Source: an uncultured delta proteobacterium (lineage in GTDB: Bacteria > Desulfobacterota > Binatia > Binatales > Binataceae). Taken from it: 64,000 nt of DNA. The position numbers were made by a program, and so were the translations under genes. Below are positions 8,618 to 17,861 of this stretch, piece after piece. The notes under the pieces were generated by a model. That model searched no databases. It was given only the letters and a program-made list of their open reading frames with translations, and was not told the origin of the DNA. How positions within the stretch are numbered: position 1 is the first letter of the stretch; every line of letters starts with the position of its first letter. The stretch lies in the NCBI GenBank assembly GCA_963794325.1, contig CAWCDG010000004.1:1447302-1511301 (forward strand), in the 5' to 3' direction.

Positions 8618-11600
8618 CTACCCTCGTAACTCTTCCATCAGTGCCTTGGCGTCCTTCAGATCCGCTGTGTCGAAGCCCTCGGAGAACCAGTTGTAAATTT
8701 CTGCGAGCATCGATCGCGCGTTGTCGCGCCCGCCTTGCCTCGCCAGCAGGCGCGCGAGACTGGTCGTTGCGCGCAGTTCCCATGATTTGGCGTGCTGCTT
8801 GCGCGCAATTTCGATCGCGTCGCGGAAAGATTGATCCGCTTGCGAAGTGTTCGAAGCACTCTGAGCCAGCAACAATTCGCCCTTCAGGCGACGGAGCTCC
8901 GCTGCATAGTATTGTTGGCCGGTTCTCTCGATGAACTCGAATGACTCGTCGACGATGCGAAGAGCCTCATCGAAACGGCTCAGCCGTCCCAGGGCAGTGG
9001 CGACAAAGGTGAAATAGCGGTCGCTGATATATTCGGAGCCGGCGGCCTTCAACTCTGACATGTGGAGTCTCATGCGCGCGATGCCGCCATCCAGGTCGCC
9101 GGCCAGCGCATCTGCCCATCCTAAATAAATTTCGCTCAGGACGCGGCCTGTAAAATATCCCGATTCGTTCGCTAGTAGCAGCCTCGCAGCTGCCCTCGAT
9201 TTCATCTGTTCAGGTTCGCGACGGAGCTCGTAAATGTAGGTGGCGAATCCGTGGATGTCCGCAATCATTGTCTTTGGCCCGGAACCCGCGATTTCGGTCG
9301 CGATATTCATTCGCTCGAGTGCGCGGTCCGGGTAACCAAGGAACCACAGGTTCCATCCCGACAAGACGCGGTTGTTTTGCCGAGTCCCCGAACGCCACGC
9401 GAATGCCTGGCCTTCAGTCATTTGCTCGGGGCGCTGCGGTGTCAGACCGGTTGCCGGCTTCGCGTTGGAATCCAGCAGCGCCCACGCTCGATCGAGGCCA
9501 AGGGCTGCTTGCTCGAAGTCGCCCGAAACCATCTTCGCGTATGCCAACCAGTTCGCCGCTTCGGCAACAAGATCGGCTCTCCCGTATTCTTCGGCTCGCG
9601 CAACCAGCTCGGTTCCTATCGCTTCGGCCTGGCGCACATTGGGACGGAGTTGTTGAACGAAAAAGATTCCGAAGAGCGCCGCCCAGGTCTTTTGCCGGTT
9701 GATGCCCGACCGCTGGCAAAGCTCCAGCGCGCGCGCCTGCGACTGCTCGACATCGTGCGAGCTGAAACCTTTGCTATCACCCAGCGGCCCGCTGATTTCG
9801 ATCCTGAGGTCCAATTCCAGTTCGGCGCGCCGGTCGTCGTCGGGGAGCTTCTGCAGTTGTTCAAGTCCTTTCTCGAACTGGGCGACCGCTTCGGCATTAG
9901 AGCCCAGGTCGGCGCATTGACGGACCGCGCGCAGACAATATTTCACCGCCTTGGCCGGATTGCCGCTGCGCGCATAATGATGAGCCAGCTTGGCAATGTA
10001 GTCGTCGAGACTGTCGGCATAGGTTGATTCCAACGCCGCGCCGATTCGCTCGTGCAGCAAGCGGCGGCGTTCGTTAAGCACCGAGTGGTAGGCGACGTCA
10101 TGGGTCAGCGCATGCTTGAAGGTGTACTCGAGGTCGCCGACCGAGGGTTGCTCGTAGATGAACTCGGCGAGCTGGAGTTCGGATAGCATCGGTTCCAACT
10201 CCAGTTCCGGCGGCGCGGCTACTTTGCGGATCAGTGCGAATTTGAACTCGGTACCGATGACCGCGAGCGTCTGAAGCAGATCTTTGTGATCCGGCGCGAG
10301 CCGGTCGATGCGCGCTGCGAGAATAGCCTGCACGGTCGGCGGTATCTTCAGCTCGCCCAGCGACTTGGTGAGTTTTACCGTACCGTTGCGCACCAGCGCG
10401 CCCTCATCGAGCAACACCTGCACAGTCTCTTCCATGAAGAACGGGTTGCCCTCGGTTTTTTCAGTAATGAGTTTCTTAAGCGCTGCTAGTTGCGGGCTGT
10501 CACCGAGCAGCGCCGACAGCATCTCGTCGGCGCTTTCCATTCCGAGTGGGTCGAGCCGCAGCTGCGTGTAGTAAGTCTTGTTGCCCCACTCATGGCGGTA
10601 CTCGGGCCGATAGTTGAACAGCAGCAGGATGCGCGCGGTGCCGATTGAGTCGGCGAGTAGGTTCAGAAATCCCTGCGTCTCGCTGTCGATCCAGTGAAGG
10701 TCCTCGAAAATCACGACCAGCGGCTGGTTGAGGCTTTCGCGCAACAGGATGCGCTTGATCGCATCGAGCGAGCGGCGCTTGCGAGTCTGCGCCTCGACCT
10801 CGGCAGCCTGGTTGTTCTCGTCAGTCAAACCGAGCAGCCCATAGAGATACGGAAGTGCGTCCTCCAGCGAGCGATCGAGCGCGAGTACCCGCCCGGTTAC
10901 TTTCTCGCGTCGCGTGCGTTCGTCATCCTCGGGAGTGATCTTGAAATAGCTCCGCAGCAAATCGATCACAGGCAGAAATGCAGACGCCTTGCCGTGCGAG
11001 ACCGAGAACGCCTCCAGCACCATCCAGCCCGATTGCGAGACCGCTTTGAACTCGAAGAACAGGCGCGATTTGCCGACTCCCGCCTCGGCCATCGCCGCGA
11101 CAATCTGCCCGCGTCCAGCCCTGGCCTGATCCGCCGCACGCTTTAGCGATTCCATTTCTGCCTGCCGACCTACGAACTTCGACAAGCCGCGCCCCGCCGA
11201 GCGTTGCAGCCGGGTTCGCAGCGGCCCGAGTCCGATCACCTCGTAAACGTTGACCGGCTCGCTCAAGCCTTTGATTCGGGTCGGTCCAAGCGGCTTGAGC
11301 TGAAAGTACCCTTCGACCATTTTGCGCGTCTGCTCGCTGACCGCGACGGTCCCGGTTCGCGCAAGCGATTGCAGCCGCGAGGCGAGGTTAGTTGTGTGTC
11401 CGATCGGTGTGTACTCAACCTGACCGTCGCCGGTTGCGATCGAGCGGACCACGACTTCGCCGGTGTTTATGCCGACGCGAATCTCGATCGGTGCGCGCCC
11501 TTCGGATTGGAGCCGCGAACCATATCTCAGTAACTCCTCCTGCATCCGCAGCCCGGCATAGAGCGCGCGCTGCGGATGGTCCTCGTGGGCCAGCGGTGCG

Positions 11601-12031
11601 CCGAACATCGCAAAGATGCCGTCGCCGGTCGATTGCACGACGTGGCCATCGTAACGCTGGACCGCAGCGATCATCAGCTTGAGGGCGGGATCGACAATGG
11701 CGCGAGCTTCCTCGGGGTCGAGGTCCTGCTCCAATTCGGTCGAGCCCTTGATATCGGCAAACAACGCGGTGACGGTCTTGCGCTCACCGTCGATAGGCAG
11801 CGGTTCAGCGCTGTTGAGGGTTACGCCAATGATCGGGGGAGTTGAGCTTGACGTTGTCTTCGAAGGCTGCCCGGCTTGCCCGCTCAGAGAAGTCGCACAT
11901 TGCGTGCAGAATTTGGCTTCAGGCGGGTTGTCGAAAGCGCACTTTTGGCATCTGCGCTTGAAGGGAGTTGCACATTGAATGCAAAACTTCGCCCCCTGAG
12001 GATTTTCAGTGGAGCAACTGGCGCAGTGCAT
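8618..12031 (-). CDS. Zinc-ribbon / class III adenylate-guanylate cyclase / P-loop ATPase / TPR signalling protein
   Basis: N-terminal double zinc ribbon (CASCSTENPQGAKFCIQCATPFKRRCQKCAFDNPPEAKFCTQCAT). Cyclase core (TALFADIKGSTEL...QSTGDGIFAMFGAP...RVGINTGEVVV). P-loop AMAEAGVGKSRL. Long helical-repeat C-terminus. I start it at M36 (MHCASC, ATG 12031) because the longer ORF start overlaps the GST gene. Confidence 0.8.
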   Translation of the reverse strand: MHCASCSTENPQGAKFCIQCATPFKRRCQKCAFDNPPEAKFCTQCATSLSGQAGQPSKTTSSSTPPIIGVTLNSAEPLPIDGERKTVTALFADIKGSTELEQDLDPEEARAIVDPALKLMIAAVQRYDGHVVQSTGDGIFAMFGAPLAHEDHPQRALYAGLRMQEELLRYGSRLQSEGRAPIEIRVGINTGEVVVRSIATGDGQVEYTPIGHTTNLASRLQSLARTGTVAVSEQTRKMVEGYFQLKPLGPTRIKGLSEPVNVYEVIGLGPLRTRLQRSAGRGLSKFVGRQAEMESLKRAADQARAGRGQIVAAMAEAGVGKSRLFFEFKAVSQSGWMVLEAFSVSHGKASAFLPVIDLLRSYFKITPEDDERTRREKVTGRVLALDRSLEDALPYLYGLLGLTDENNQAAEVEAQTRKRRSLDAIKRILLRESLNQPLVVIFEDLHWIDSETQGFLNLLADSIGTARILLLFNYRPEYRHEWGNKTYYTQLRLDPLGMESADEMLSALLGDSPQLAALKKLITEKTEGNPFFMEETVQVLLDEGALVRNGTVKLTKSLGELKIPPTVQAILAARIDRLAPDHKDLLQTLAVIGTEFKFALIRKVAAPPELELEPMLSELQLAEFIYEQPSVGDLEYTFKHALTHDVAYHSVLNERRRLLHERIGAALESTYADSLDDYIAKLAHHYARSGNPAKAVKYCLRAVRQCADLGSNAEAVAQFEKGLEQLQKLPDDDRRAELELDLRIEISGPLGDSKGFSSHDVEQSQARALELCQRSGINRQKTWAALFGIFFVQQLRPNVRQAEAIGTELVARAEEYGRADLVAEAANWLAYAKMVSGDFEQAALGLDRAWALLDSNAKPATGLTPQRPEQMTEGQAFAWRSGTRQNNRVLSGWNLWFLGYPDRALERMNIATEIAGSGPKTMIADIHGFATYIYELRREPEQMKSRAAARLLLANESGYFTGRVLSEIYLGWADALAGDLDGGIARMRLHMSELKAAGSEYISDRYFTFVATALGRLSRFDEALRIVDESFEFIERTGQQYYAAELRRLKGELLLAQSASNTSQADQSFRDAIEIARKQHAKSWELRATTSLARLLARQGGRDNARSMLAEIYNWFSEGFDTADLKDAKALMEELRG

Positions 12032-12068
12032 ACTGGGTCGATCAGTTTTGGCGGTTGTTCGATAGCTG

Positions 12069-12770
12069 CTACGGCTTGACGACCTCGCCGCGATGATCCT
12101 TGTACATCCGGTCGCGCCAGGCGAACACCTCGGCAAACGTTGGATCGTCGCCGAGCTTGTCGAGGTAGACGAACCGCAGTTCCGGCGTAAGGACGAAAAA
12201 CTCCTGCGGAGCCGCCTTGAAAAGCATCAACATCGCCGCGGTGGTTATGTCGGCGCGAGTGAATGTATTACCGACCAGGTATTCGCGTCCGCTCAGGGTA
12301 TCCTTAAGACTCGTCAGGATCCTCGTGACCGTGAGCCTGCTCTGCTCTTCCTCGAATGGTGAGTATCCATACTTTTCCGCGAAGTACTTTCCGCTCTTTT
12401 GTGCTTCAGGGTCATCGATGCGGAGCAGGCGTCCGGTGATCATCACGCGGCCATGAGGCCCCAGCGCGTTAAGCGCGACCTCTTCCCATAGCGTCGCCGT
12501 CGCGCGATCTTTCGCGGATTTGGGCAACAGCGCCGGCTCCGGTCGCGTTCCTTCGAGCCAGTCCAAAATCGCGCTCGAATCCGGAATCACCTTACCGTCG
12601 GTGACCAACACCGGCACCATGGTTTGGCCGGTCAATTTTTTAATTTTTTCTTCATCGACTCCCGGTTCGTAGTTTTCCTTCTCGTACGCCAGGCCTTTGA
12701 ACTTCAACGCCCAACGGACGCGCTCGGACCAGGGCGACCCGTACATTGTGATTAGCTTCGGCGTGCTCAT
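12069..12770 (-). CDS. Glutathione S-transferase family protein
   Basis: MSTPKLITMYGSPWSERVRWALKFKGLAYEKE...VPVLVTDGKVIPDSSAILDWLE is a GST N-terminal thioredoxin-like domain. I chose the start at the internal ATG 12770; the extension to 12914 looks non-coding. Confidence 0.75.
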   Translation of the reverse strand: MSTPKLITMYGSPWSERVRWALKFKGLAYEKENYEPGVDEEKIKKLTGQTMVPVLVTDGKVIPDSSAILDWLEGTRPEPALLPKSAKDRATATLWEEVALNALGPHGRVMITGRLLRIDDPEAQKSGKYFAEKYGYSPFEEEQSRLTVTRILTSLKDTLSGREYLVGNTFTRADITTAAMLMLFKAAPQEFFVLTPELRFVYLDKLGDDPTFAEVFAWRDRMYKDHRGEVVKP

Positions 12771-12953
12771 GAGCAGTCCCCTTTGAGTTTGGTCAGCAAT
12801 GAAACTTTGACTTGCTGTTGGAGAGCATACCGCGTCGTGGACCGTGGCCCTAACAGGCGGAGCGATTTTAGCGCTTCGGAGCGGCTCTTCGGAAGCGCGG
12901 AAGATTGGGAGCATCCGCGAGCGTAGCGCTGCACGCAGATGCTCCCTGGCGAA

Positions 12954-13493
12954 TCACTTCACGTCTACTTCCATGCGCATCCAAGGATGGAGGCAGCACT
13001 GGAACAGATGTTTTCCCTTTGACAGGCCAGTGATATCGAGATGGCTGCCCTGAAGAATTCGGGTCTTGGCCACCGCGACGCTGCCAAAGCCGCCACTGCA
13101 TTCCGGAATGACGGTCGTCGCGGCGCCGGGGTTAAGCGGCGGCACGAATCCGTTACCGAATGCCTTCACCTCGGTAAAGGTGTGAACCTCACCGCCTTGG
13201 TTGACTACGGAAACGACGGTGCCCTTATTGATCGTTAGCGTATCGGGTTCGTAATCCCAGCCCGGATCGGGGGTTCCAGCCTCCGCCCCTGCAACTAGAT
13301 TGCCCAGCATGGTGCTGAATCCAGACGCAATGTTCTTGCATTCGTCAGCGCCCAGTGCAGCGTTGAACGTGGCCGGATCGCATTCGTCCAATGCCACAAC
13401 CTGGGCGAGCCCGGGCGGCTGCGCACTCGCGTGTCTCGCGCTGGCTAGAATCACGCACCCAGCCAGCAGACTTAGTATCGTTATCTTTTTCAT
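12954..13493 (-). CDS. Secreted cupredoxin (amicyanin/pseudoazurin-like type-1 copper protein) with an N-terminal Cys-containing extension
   Basis: Signal peptide MKKITILSLLAGCVILASARHASA. Candidate Cu ligands are His in GGEVHTFTE and C-x2-H-x2-M in FQCCLHPWMRMEV (compare amicyanin CTPHPFM). SD AAGGAGGAAG lies upstream. Confidence 0.7.
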   Translation of the reverse strand: MKKITILSLLAGCVILASARHASAQPPGLAQVVALDECDPATFNAALGADECKNIASGFSTMLGNLVAGAEAGTPDPGWDYEPDTLTINKGTVVSVVNQGGEVHTFTEVKAFGNGFVPPLNPGAATTVIPECSGGFGSVAVAKTRILQGSHLDITGLSKGKHLFQCCLHPWMRMEVDVK

Positions 13494-13576
13494 TCCTGCT
13501 TCCTCCTTTTGAAGCGAATCATTGGTTATCGGCGCCCATCTTCAGGCATCCTGAGTCGCTAGCCAATGGACCGAGG

Positions 13577-13605
13577 CTGAACTTCTCCTGAACTCTCGCT
13601 GAACT
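13577..13605. promoter_or_regulatory. Three CTGAACT direct repeats at exact 11-bp phasing (candidate winged-helix operator)
   Basis: CTGAACT at 13577, 13588 and 13599, in the 174-bp divergent region between the cupredoxin (start 13493) and the winged-helix regulator (start 13668). Confidence 0.55.
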
Positions 13606-13667
13606 CGCTGACACGTCGCGGCTATGCGCTTGCCCGCGAACGCGAGTAGAATCGGCGACCGGAACCA

Positions 13668-16577
13668 ATGCCCGAAGATCTCGTCCAGTTTGAGGATTTT
13701 GTACTGAACCGCGGCGCCTATGAGCTGCGCCGGGGTGATGTCGTCGTTCCGCTCCAACGGATTCCGCTCGAGCTGCTATGCCTGCTGGTCGAACGCCGCG
13801 GACAGCTGGTTACGCGCGAGGAAATTCTCGAGCGCGTCTGGGGCAAGGGCGTCTTCGTCGATAGCGAGAACAGCATCAACACCGCGGTACGGAAAGTCCG
13901 GCGGGCGTTGAGCGACGATCCCGACGCCCCGCGCTTCGTCGTTACGGTGCCAGCCCGGGGTTATCGATTCGTCGCGGAGCTTCGCGCACCGAAGATAAGT
14001 AGAGCCGATCAATTTCGAGCTCGGCCGCCCAGTACGATGGTGGGACGTGAGCGCGAGCTGTCTTCGTTGCTGAATAGGCTCGACGATGCGGCTGCCCGGC
14101 GGGGGCGCCTGGTCCTGATTTCGGGTGAACCCGGGGTCGGCAAGACACGGATGGCGGACGAGGTTGCGGCCGCGGCTGACGCAAAGCGAATGGCGATACT
14201 GGTCGGACATTGCTCCGAGCACGACGAAGCCGTCGCGTATCTGCCGTTCGTGGAAATCCTGGAAGACTTTATCGATCGCGAATCAAACCCGGATGTGCTT
14301 CGCGCTGCTCTTGGCGAGCAGGCACCGGAGCTGGCGCGCTTGATCCCAAAACTCAAGAACATCCTGCCCGAGCTTCCGCCGCCGCTCGATTTGCCGCCGA
14401 CTCAGGCGCGGCGCCATTTGTTCAATTGCTTTTTCGACTTCGTTGCCCGAATCGCTTCACAACGACCGACGTTGATGATCCTCGAAGACCTTCACTGGGC
14501 CGACGATTCGACGCTGTCGCTGCTCGACCATCTGACGCAGCGGCTGGCCGATCTGCCTCTGATTATCATCGGAACCTATCGCGACGCCGAGGTCAATGTC
14601 ACTCACGAGCTGGCAAAGACGCTGGAAGATCTACTCCGGGGGCGGTTTGCAACTCGCATCAGGCTCAAAGGCCTGCCACGCGATGCAGTGGCGGCGATGC
14701 TGAACAGTCTGAGCGGAAAATCGCCGCCCGCCTCCGTGGTTGGCGAGATTTTCGCCGAGACTGAAGGCAATCCTTTCTTCGTCGAGGAACTGTTCCGCCA
14801 TCTCGAGGAGGAGAATCGGCTGTACGATTCGGCGGGACGGTTTCGCTCCACGCTCGAGATTGGAGAACTGGACGCGCCGCCAACTGTGCGGCTGGTCGTC
14901 GGGCGGCGGCTGGCGCGGCTCAGCGACCTGACACAGAAGATGCTCGCGACGGCGGCGGTGATCGGACGCTTATTCAGTTTCGAAATTCTTCATGCTTCGA
15001 TCGAAGCCGATGCGGATTCGACGCTGAAGCGCGTCGAGGAAGCCGAAAAGGCCGGCCTGGTTTTCTCCTTCGCCGACAGTCCAAAGGCGCGGTTTGAGTT
15101 CTCCCACGAGCTTATTCGCCAATCCGTCCTCGCCGGCTTGTCGGCGGCGCGACGCCAGCGGCTGCATCTCGAGGTGGCCGAAGGGATCGAGCGAACCTGT
15201 GCCGCTGGGTCGGGATCCACATTTGCCGGCAGCCTCGACGACCACATCACTGAACTGGCGCATCACTACGCGCATAGCGCCAACACCTCGCAGGCGGTGA
15301 AATATCTCCATCTGGCGGGCGAGCTGGCGGCGGCGTGCGGCGCGATGGTCGAGGCGGAGCGTCACTACATGACCGCGCTCAAGCTGCTTGACGAATTGCC
15401 CGAAACGCCGGAACGGGATCGGCGCGAACTTGCCTTGCAGAGCCTGCTCGGTTCGGCCGTTGCAGCCGTTAAGGGAATTGGCGCGCATGAAAGAGAGCGC
15501 AGCCTCTTGCGGGCTCGCGATCTGTCACAACGCCTCGGAGAGCAGTCTCACGTGTTCCCAGTGCTCTGGCAGCTCTTCCATTTCCATGCACAGCGCGGTG
15601 AACTGCGAACCGCTCGGAAATACGCTGAACAAGCATTGGCAGTGGCCGAGAGTCAGTGCGACGTGGTGATGCTCGCGGGTGCCCGAACCGCCCTCGGCGT
15701 CTGTCTCTTTTACATCGGCGACTTTGCTGCCTGCCGAATGCAGTTCGAGCTCGCGCTCGCACAGGACATACCTTTGCAGAAACGCTGGTATCTCGACGAA
15801 CGCGGGTTCGACACGCTGGCAGGAGCGCTAAGCGCGCTCGCTGAGGGAATTCTGGGTTATCCGGACCGATGCTGCGTGGGACTTGGCGACGTTGTGAAGC
15901 GCGCGCGGACGCAGTCGAGCCTCCCTGACCTGGCGTTCGCGTTGGTAACTTGTGGCCGGGGGCATCTTCTGGCCGGTAGTCCAAGCAGCGCCCAATCTTT
16001 GGCGGAAGAAGCGATCACGCTGTCCGAGAGCCACGGGCTCGTCGAACGCGCTGCATTGGGTAAATATGTTCGAGGGGTCGCTCTCACCAGGCAAGGAGAG
16101 CTCAAGGAGGGTATCGCCTGCATTCTCCAGGGACTCTCGGACTATAGCGCGACCGGTGGCAGGCTCGGTCAGTCAGAGTTCTACAGCGCGCTTGCCGCAG
16201 CTTTCGGCAAGGCAGGTCGAACCCAAGAGGGTTTGGAAGCGGTGGACCTCGGACTGGCGATGGGCCGCGATGGTGGCGAGAGTTACTATCGAGGCGAACT
16301 CTATCGCATAAGAGGCGAACTGATTCAGCTCGATGATCCGGCCCATCCTGACGAGGTCGAGCGATTGTTTCGCACGGCGATCGATGATGCGTCCAGCCGG
16401 CAAGCCCGTTCATTTGAACTGCGCGCCACGACCAGCCTCGCGCGATTGCTCGCCAAGCAAGGTCATCGCGACAAAGCGCGCACGATGCTTGCCGAAATTT
16501 ACAACTGGGTCACCGAGGGCTTCGATACCCCCGATCTGAAGGATGCCAAGACCCTGCTCGACGAGCTTAGCGAATAG
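13668..16577 (+). CDS. OmpR/PhoB-type winged-helix DNA-binding domain / P-loop ATPase / TPR regulator (STAND/AfsR-like architecture)
   Basis: 969 aa. N-terminal trans_reg_C-like domain (FEDFVLNRGAYELRRGDVVVPLQRIPLELLCLLVERRGQLVTREEILERVWG...VPARGYRFV). P-loop ISGEPGVGKTRM. The C-terminus matches the cyclase protein (ELRATTSLARLLAKQG.RD.AR.MLAEIYNW..EGFDT.DLKDAK.L..EL). Confidence 0.8.
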   Translation: MPEDLVQFEDFVLNRGAYELRRGDVVVPLQRIPLELLCLLVERRGQLVTREEILERVWGKGVFVDSENSINTAVRKVRRALSDDPDAPRFVVTVPARGYRFVAELRAPKISRADQFRARPPSTMVGRERELSSLLNRLDDAAARRGRLVLISGEPGVGKTRMADEVAAAADAKRMAILVGHCSEHDEAVAYLPFVEILEDFIDRESNPDVLRAALGEQAPELARLIPKLKNILPELPPPLDLPPTQARRHLFNCFFDFVARIASQRPTLMILEDLHWADDSTLSLLDHLTQRLADLPLIIIGTYRDAEVNVTHELAKTLEDLLRGRFATRIRLKGLPRDAVAAMLNSLSGKSPPASVVGEIFAETEGNPFFVEELFRHLEEENRLYDSAGRFRSTLEIGELDAPPTVRLVVGRRLARLSDLTQKMLATAAVIGRLFSFEILHASIEADADSTLKRVEEAEKAGLVFSFADSPKARFEFSHELIRQSVLAGLSAARRQRLHLEVAEGIERTCAAGSGSTFAGSLDDHITELAHHYAHSANTSQAVKYLHLAGELAAACGAMVEAERHYMTALKLLDELPETPERDRRELALQSLLGSAVAAVKGIGAHERERSLLRARDLSQRLGEQSHVFPVLWQLFHFHAQRGELRTARKYAEQALAVAESQCDVVMLAGARTALGVCLFYIGDFAACRMQFELALAQDIPLQKRWYLDERGFDTLAGALSALAEGILGYPDRCCVGLGDVVKRARTQSSLPDLAFALVTCGRGHLLAGSPSSAQSLAEEAITLSESHGLVERAALGKYVRGVALTRQGELKEGIACILQGLSDYSATGGRLGQSEFYSALAAAFGKAGRTQEGLEAVDLGLAMGRDGGESYYRGELYRIRGELIQLDDPAHPDEVERLFRTAIDDASSRQARSFELRATTSLARLLAKQGHRDKARTMLAEIYNWVTEGFDTPDLKDAKTLLDELSE

Positions 16578-16688
16578 TGCCCTAGCTGCGCTGCGACGTA
16601 AACGAAATCGCGGCAACGCGCCAGGAGCGTGGAAACGTAACTGTGCCTCGCATCGTAAAGGGAAAACCTGTTGAGTCTGTTTGATTTC

Positions 16689-16764
16689 TGGAGCCACCCG
16701 CCGGATTCGAACCGGCGACCTGCTGATTACGAATCAGCTGCTCTACCAACTGAGCTAGGGTGGC
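16689..16764 (-). tRNA. tRNA-Thr: tRNA-Thr (anticodon CGU), CCA encoded
   Basis: Hand-folded cloverleaf: acceptor GCCACCC/GGGTGGC, D-arm GCTC-AGTTGGTA-GAGC, anticodon arm GCTGA-TTCGTAA-TCAGC, variable AGGTC, T-arm GCCGG-TTCGAAT-CCGGC, discriminator T, CCA. 76 nt. Confidence 0.9.
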
Positions 16765-17843
16765 TCTCCATCGGAAAACTTCATCGACGGGATTAGCAGA
16801 CTAGCGAAGCGGGCGCTGCCGAGAAAGACTCTCGTCGAGACTGGGTCGTTTCGCCGGCCGTCGATTCTGAACATGTGCGCGACACTCGCTAGCTCGAGTC
16901 GCACTGCGGGGATCACTTCTTCTGCGAAGCGCTGAACTTCGTCCGGATAGAACGGCCGCGGCAGCGTGAAGATGAAGTGCGTCACTCCCACCTTCATGTA
17001 GCGGTCGATCGTCTCGAGGCATTCCTCGCGAGAGCCGATCATCATCTGGCGACGCGCCTGTTCTGCCGTCGCGCCCGAGATTGCGATGGTACGGCTGAGC
17101 GCAGCCTGTTCGCGGTCTGCGGACGCCCGGTAAGTGAGCCCCATCATGATCGTTTTCTCGATCTGATCGGTGTCGCGGCCCACTGTATCGCCATGGCGCT
17201 CGATCACCTTCAACAAATCGGCATATCGCTCCGCGCTCGCATTCGGGACGTTCCACATGTCAGCGTGTTTCGCGACGATCTTCAGCAGCACTTTCTGGCC
17301 CTGGCCTCCGATCATTATCGGTGGATGCGGCTTCTGGAGCGGCTTGGGGTTACAGACCGCGTCGGTCACATTGTAATGACGGCCGTGCAGCGTCATTTTT
17401 TCCTGCTCGAACATCCCCTTGATGATCTGCAGTGATTCGTCGAGCGCCTGCAGTCGTCCTGGGATCGTCTTGAAGTCGATCCCGAAACTGCGATGCTCCA
17501 GCTCGAACCATCCGGCGCCGAGACCCAGGTTCAGCCGGCCGTCGCTGACGTGATCGAGCGTCGCGGCCATCTTCGCCGTGACGCACGGATTGCGATAGGT
17601 GTTGCCGTTCACCATCGCGCCGATGCGCGCGCGTTTGGTCTGCTGGCTGAGCGCGGTGAGCGTGGTCCATCCTTCGAGGCACGGGCCGGCCGGGTCTGGA
17701 ACGAAGATTGGATAGAAATGATCGAAGGTCCAGAGCGAGTCGAAGCCCCAATTGTCGGCGTTGCGCCACAGGTCTTTCAGCTCGTTCCATCCGACGAGTT
17801 GCTGGCCGGTTTGAAGTCCGAATCGAATTGGATGCTTGGGCAT
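16755..17843 (-). CDS. Luciferase-like (LLM class) F420-dependent oxidoreductase with an unusual ~47-aa C-terminal tail
   Basis: MPKHPIRFGLQTGQQ...WGFDSLWTFDHF...RLNLGLGAGW...KPHPPIMIGG is typical of the Rv1855c-type LLM family. The ORF stop (TAG 16757-16755) lies inside the tRNA-Thr gene. Confidence 0.8.
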   Translation of the reverse strand: MPKHPIRFGLQTGQQLVGWNELKDLWRNADNWGFDSLWTFDHFYPIFVPDPAGPCLEGWTTLTALSQQTKRARIGAMVNGNTYRNPCVTAKMAATLDHVSDGRLNLGLGAGWFELEHRSFGIDFKTIPGRLQALDESLQIIKGMFEQEKMTLHGRHYNVTDAVCNPKPLQKPHPPIMIGGQGQKVLLKIVAKHADMWNVPNASAERYADLLKVIERHGDTVGRDTDQIEKTIMMGLTYRASADREQAALSRTIAISGATAEQARRQMMIGSREECLETIDRYMKVGVTHFIFTLPRPFYPDEVQRFAEEVIPAVRLELASVAHMFRIDGRRNDPVSTRVFLGSARFASLLIPSMKFSDGEPP

Positions 17844-17861
17844 GGCGAGTCTCCTTGACGA

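Noticed and set aside
12032-12914. Using the longest ORF starts for the cyclase (12136), GST (12914), DUF1329-like 1 (29477), OMF (56209), ACAD (63644), higA (63922) and others
   Set aside because: - The N-terminal extensions overlap neighbouring genes or lack an RBS.
- They translate to Arg/Ser-rich non-protein-like leaders.
- Internal starts are preceded by SD sequences and give canonical N-termini or signal peptides.
7762-16688. Calling the tRNA-flanked block an active integrative element or prophage
   Set aside because: - It has no integrase, excisionase, transposase or phage genes.
- Base composition looks like the flanks.
- The repeat is decayed.
- At most it is an ancient, fixed island.
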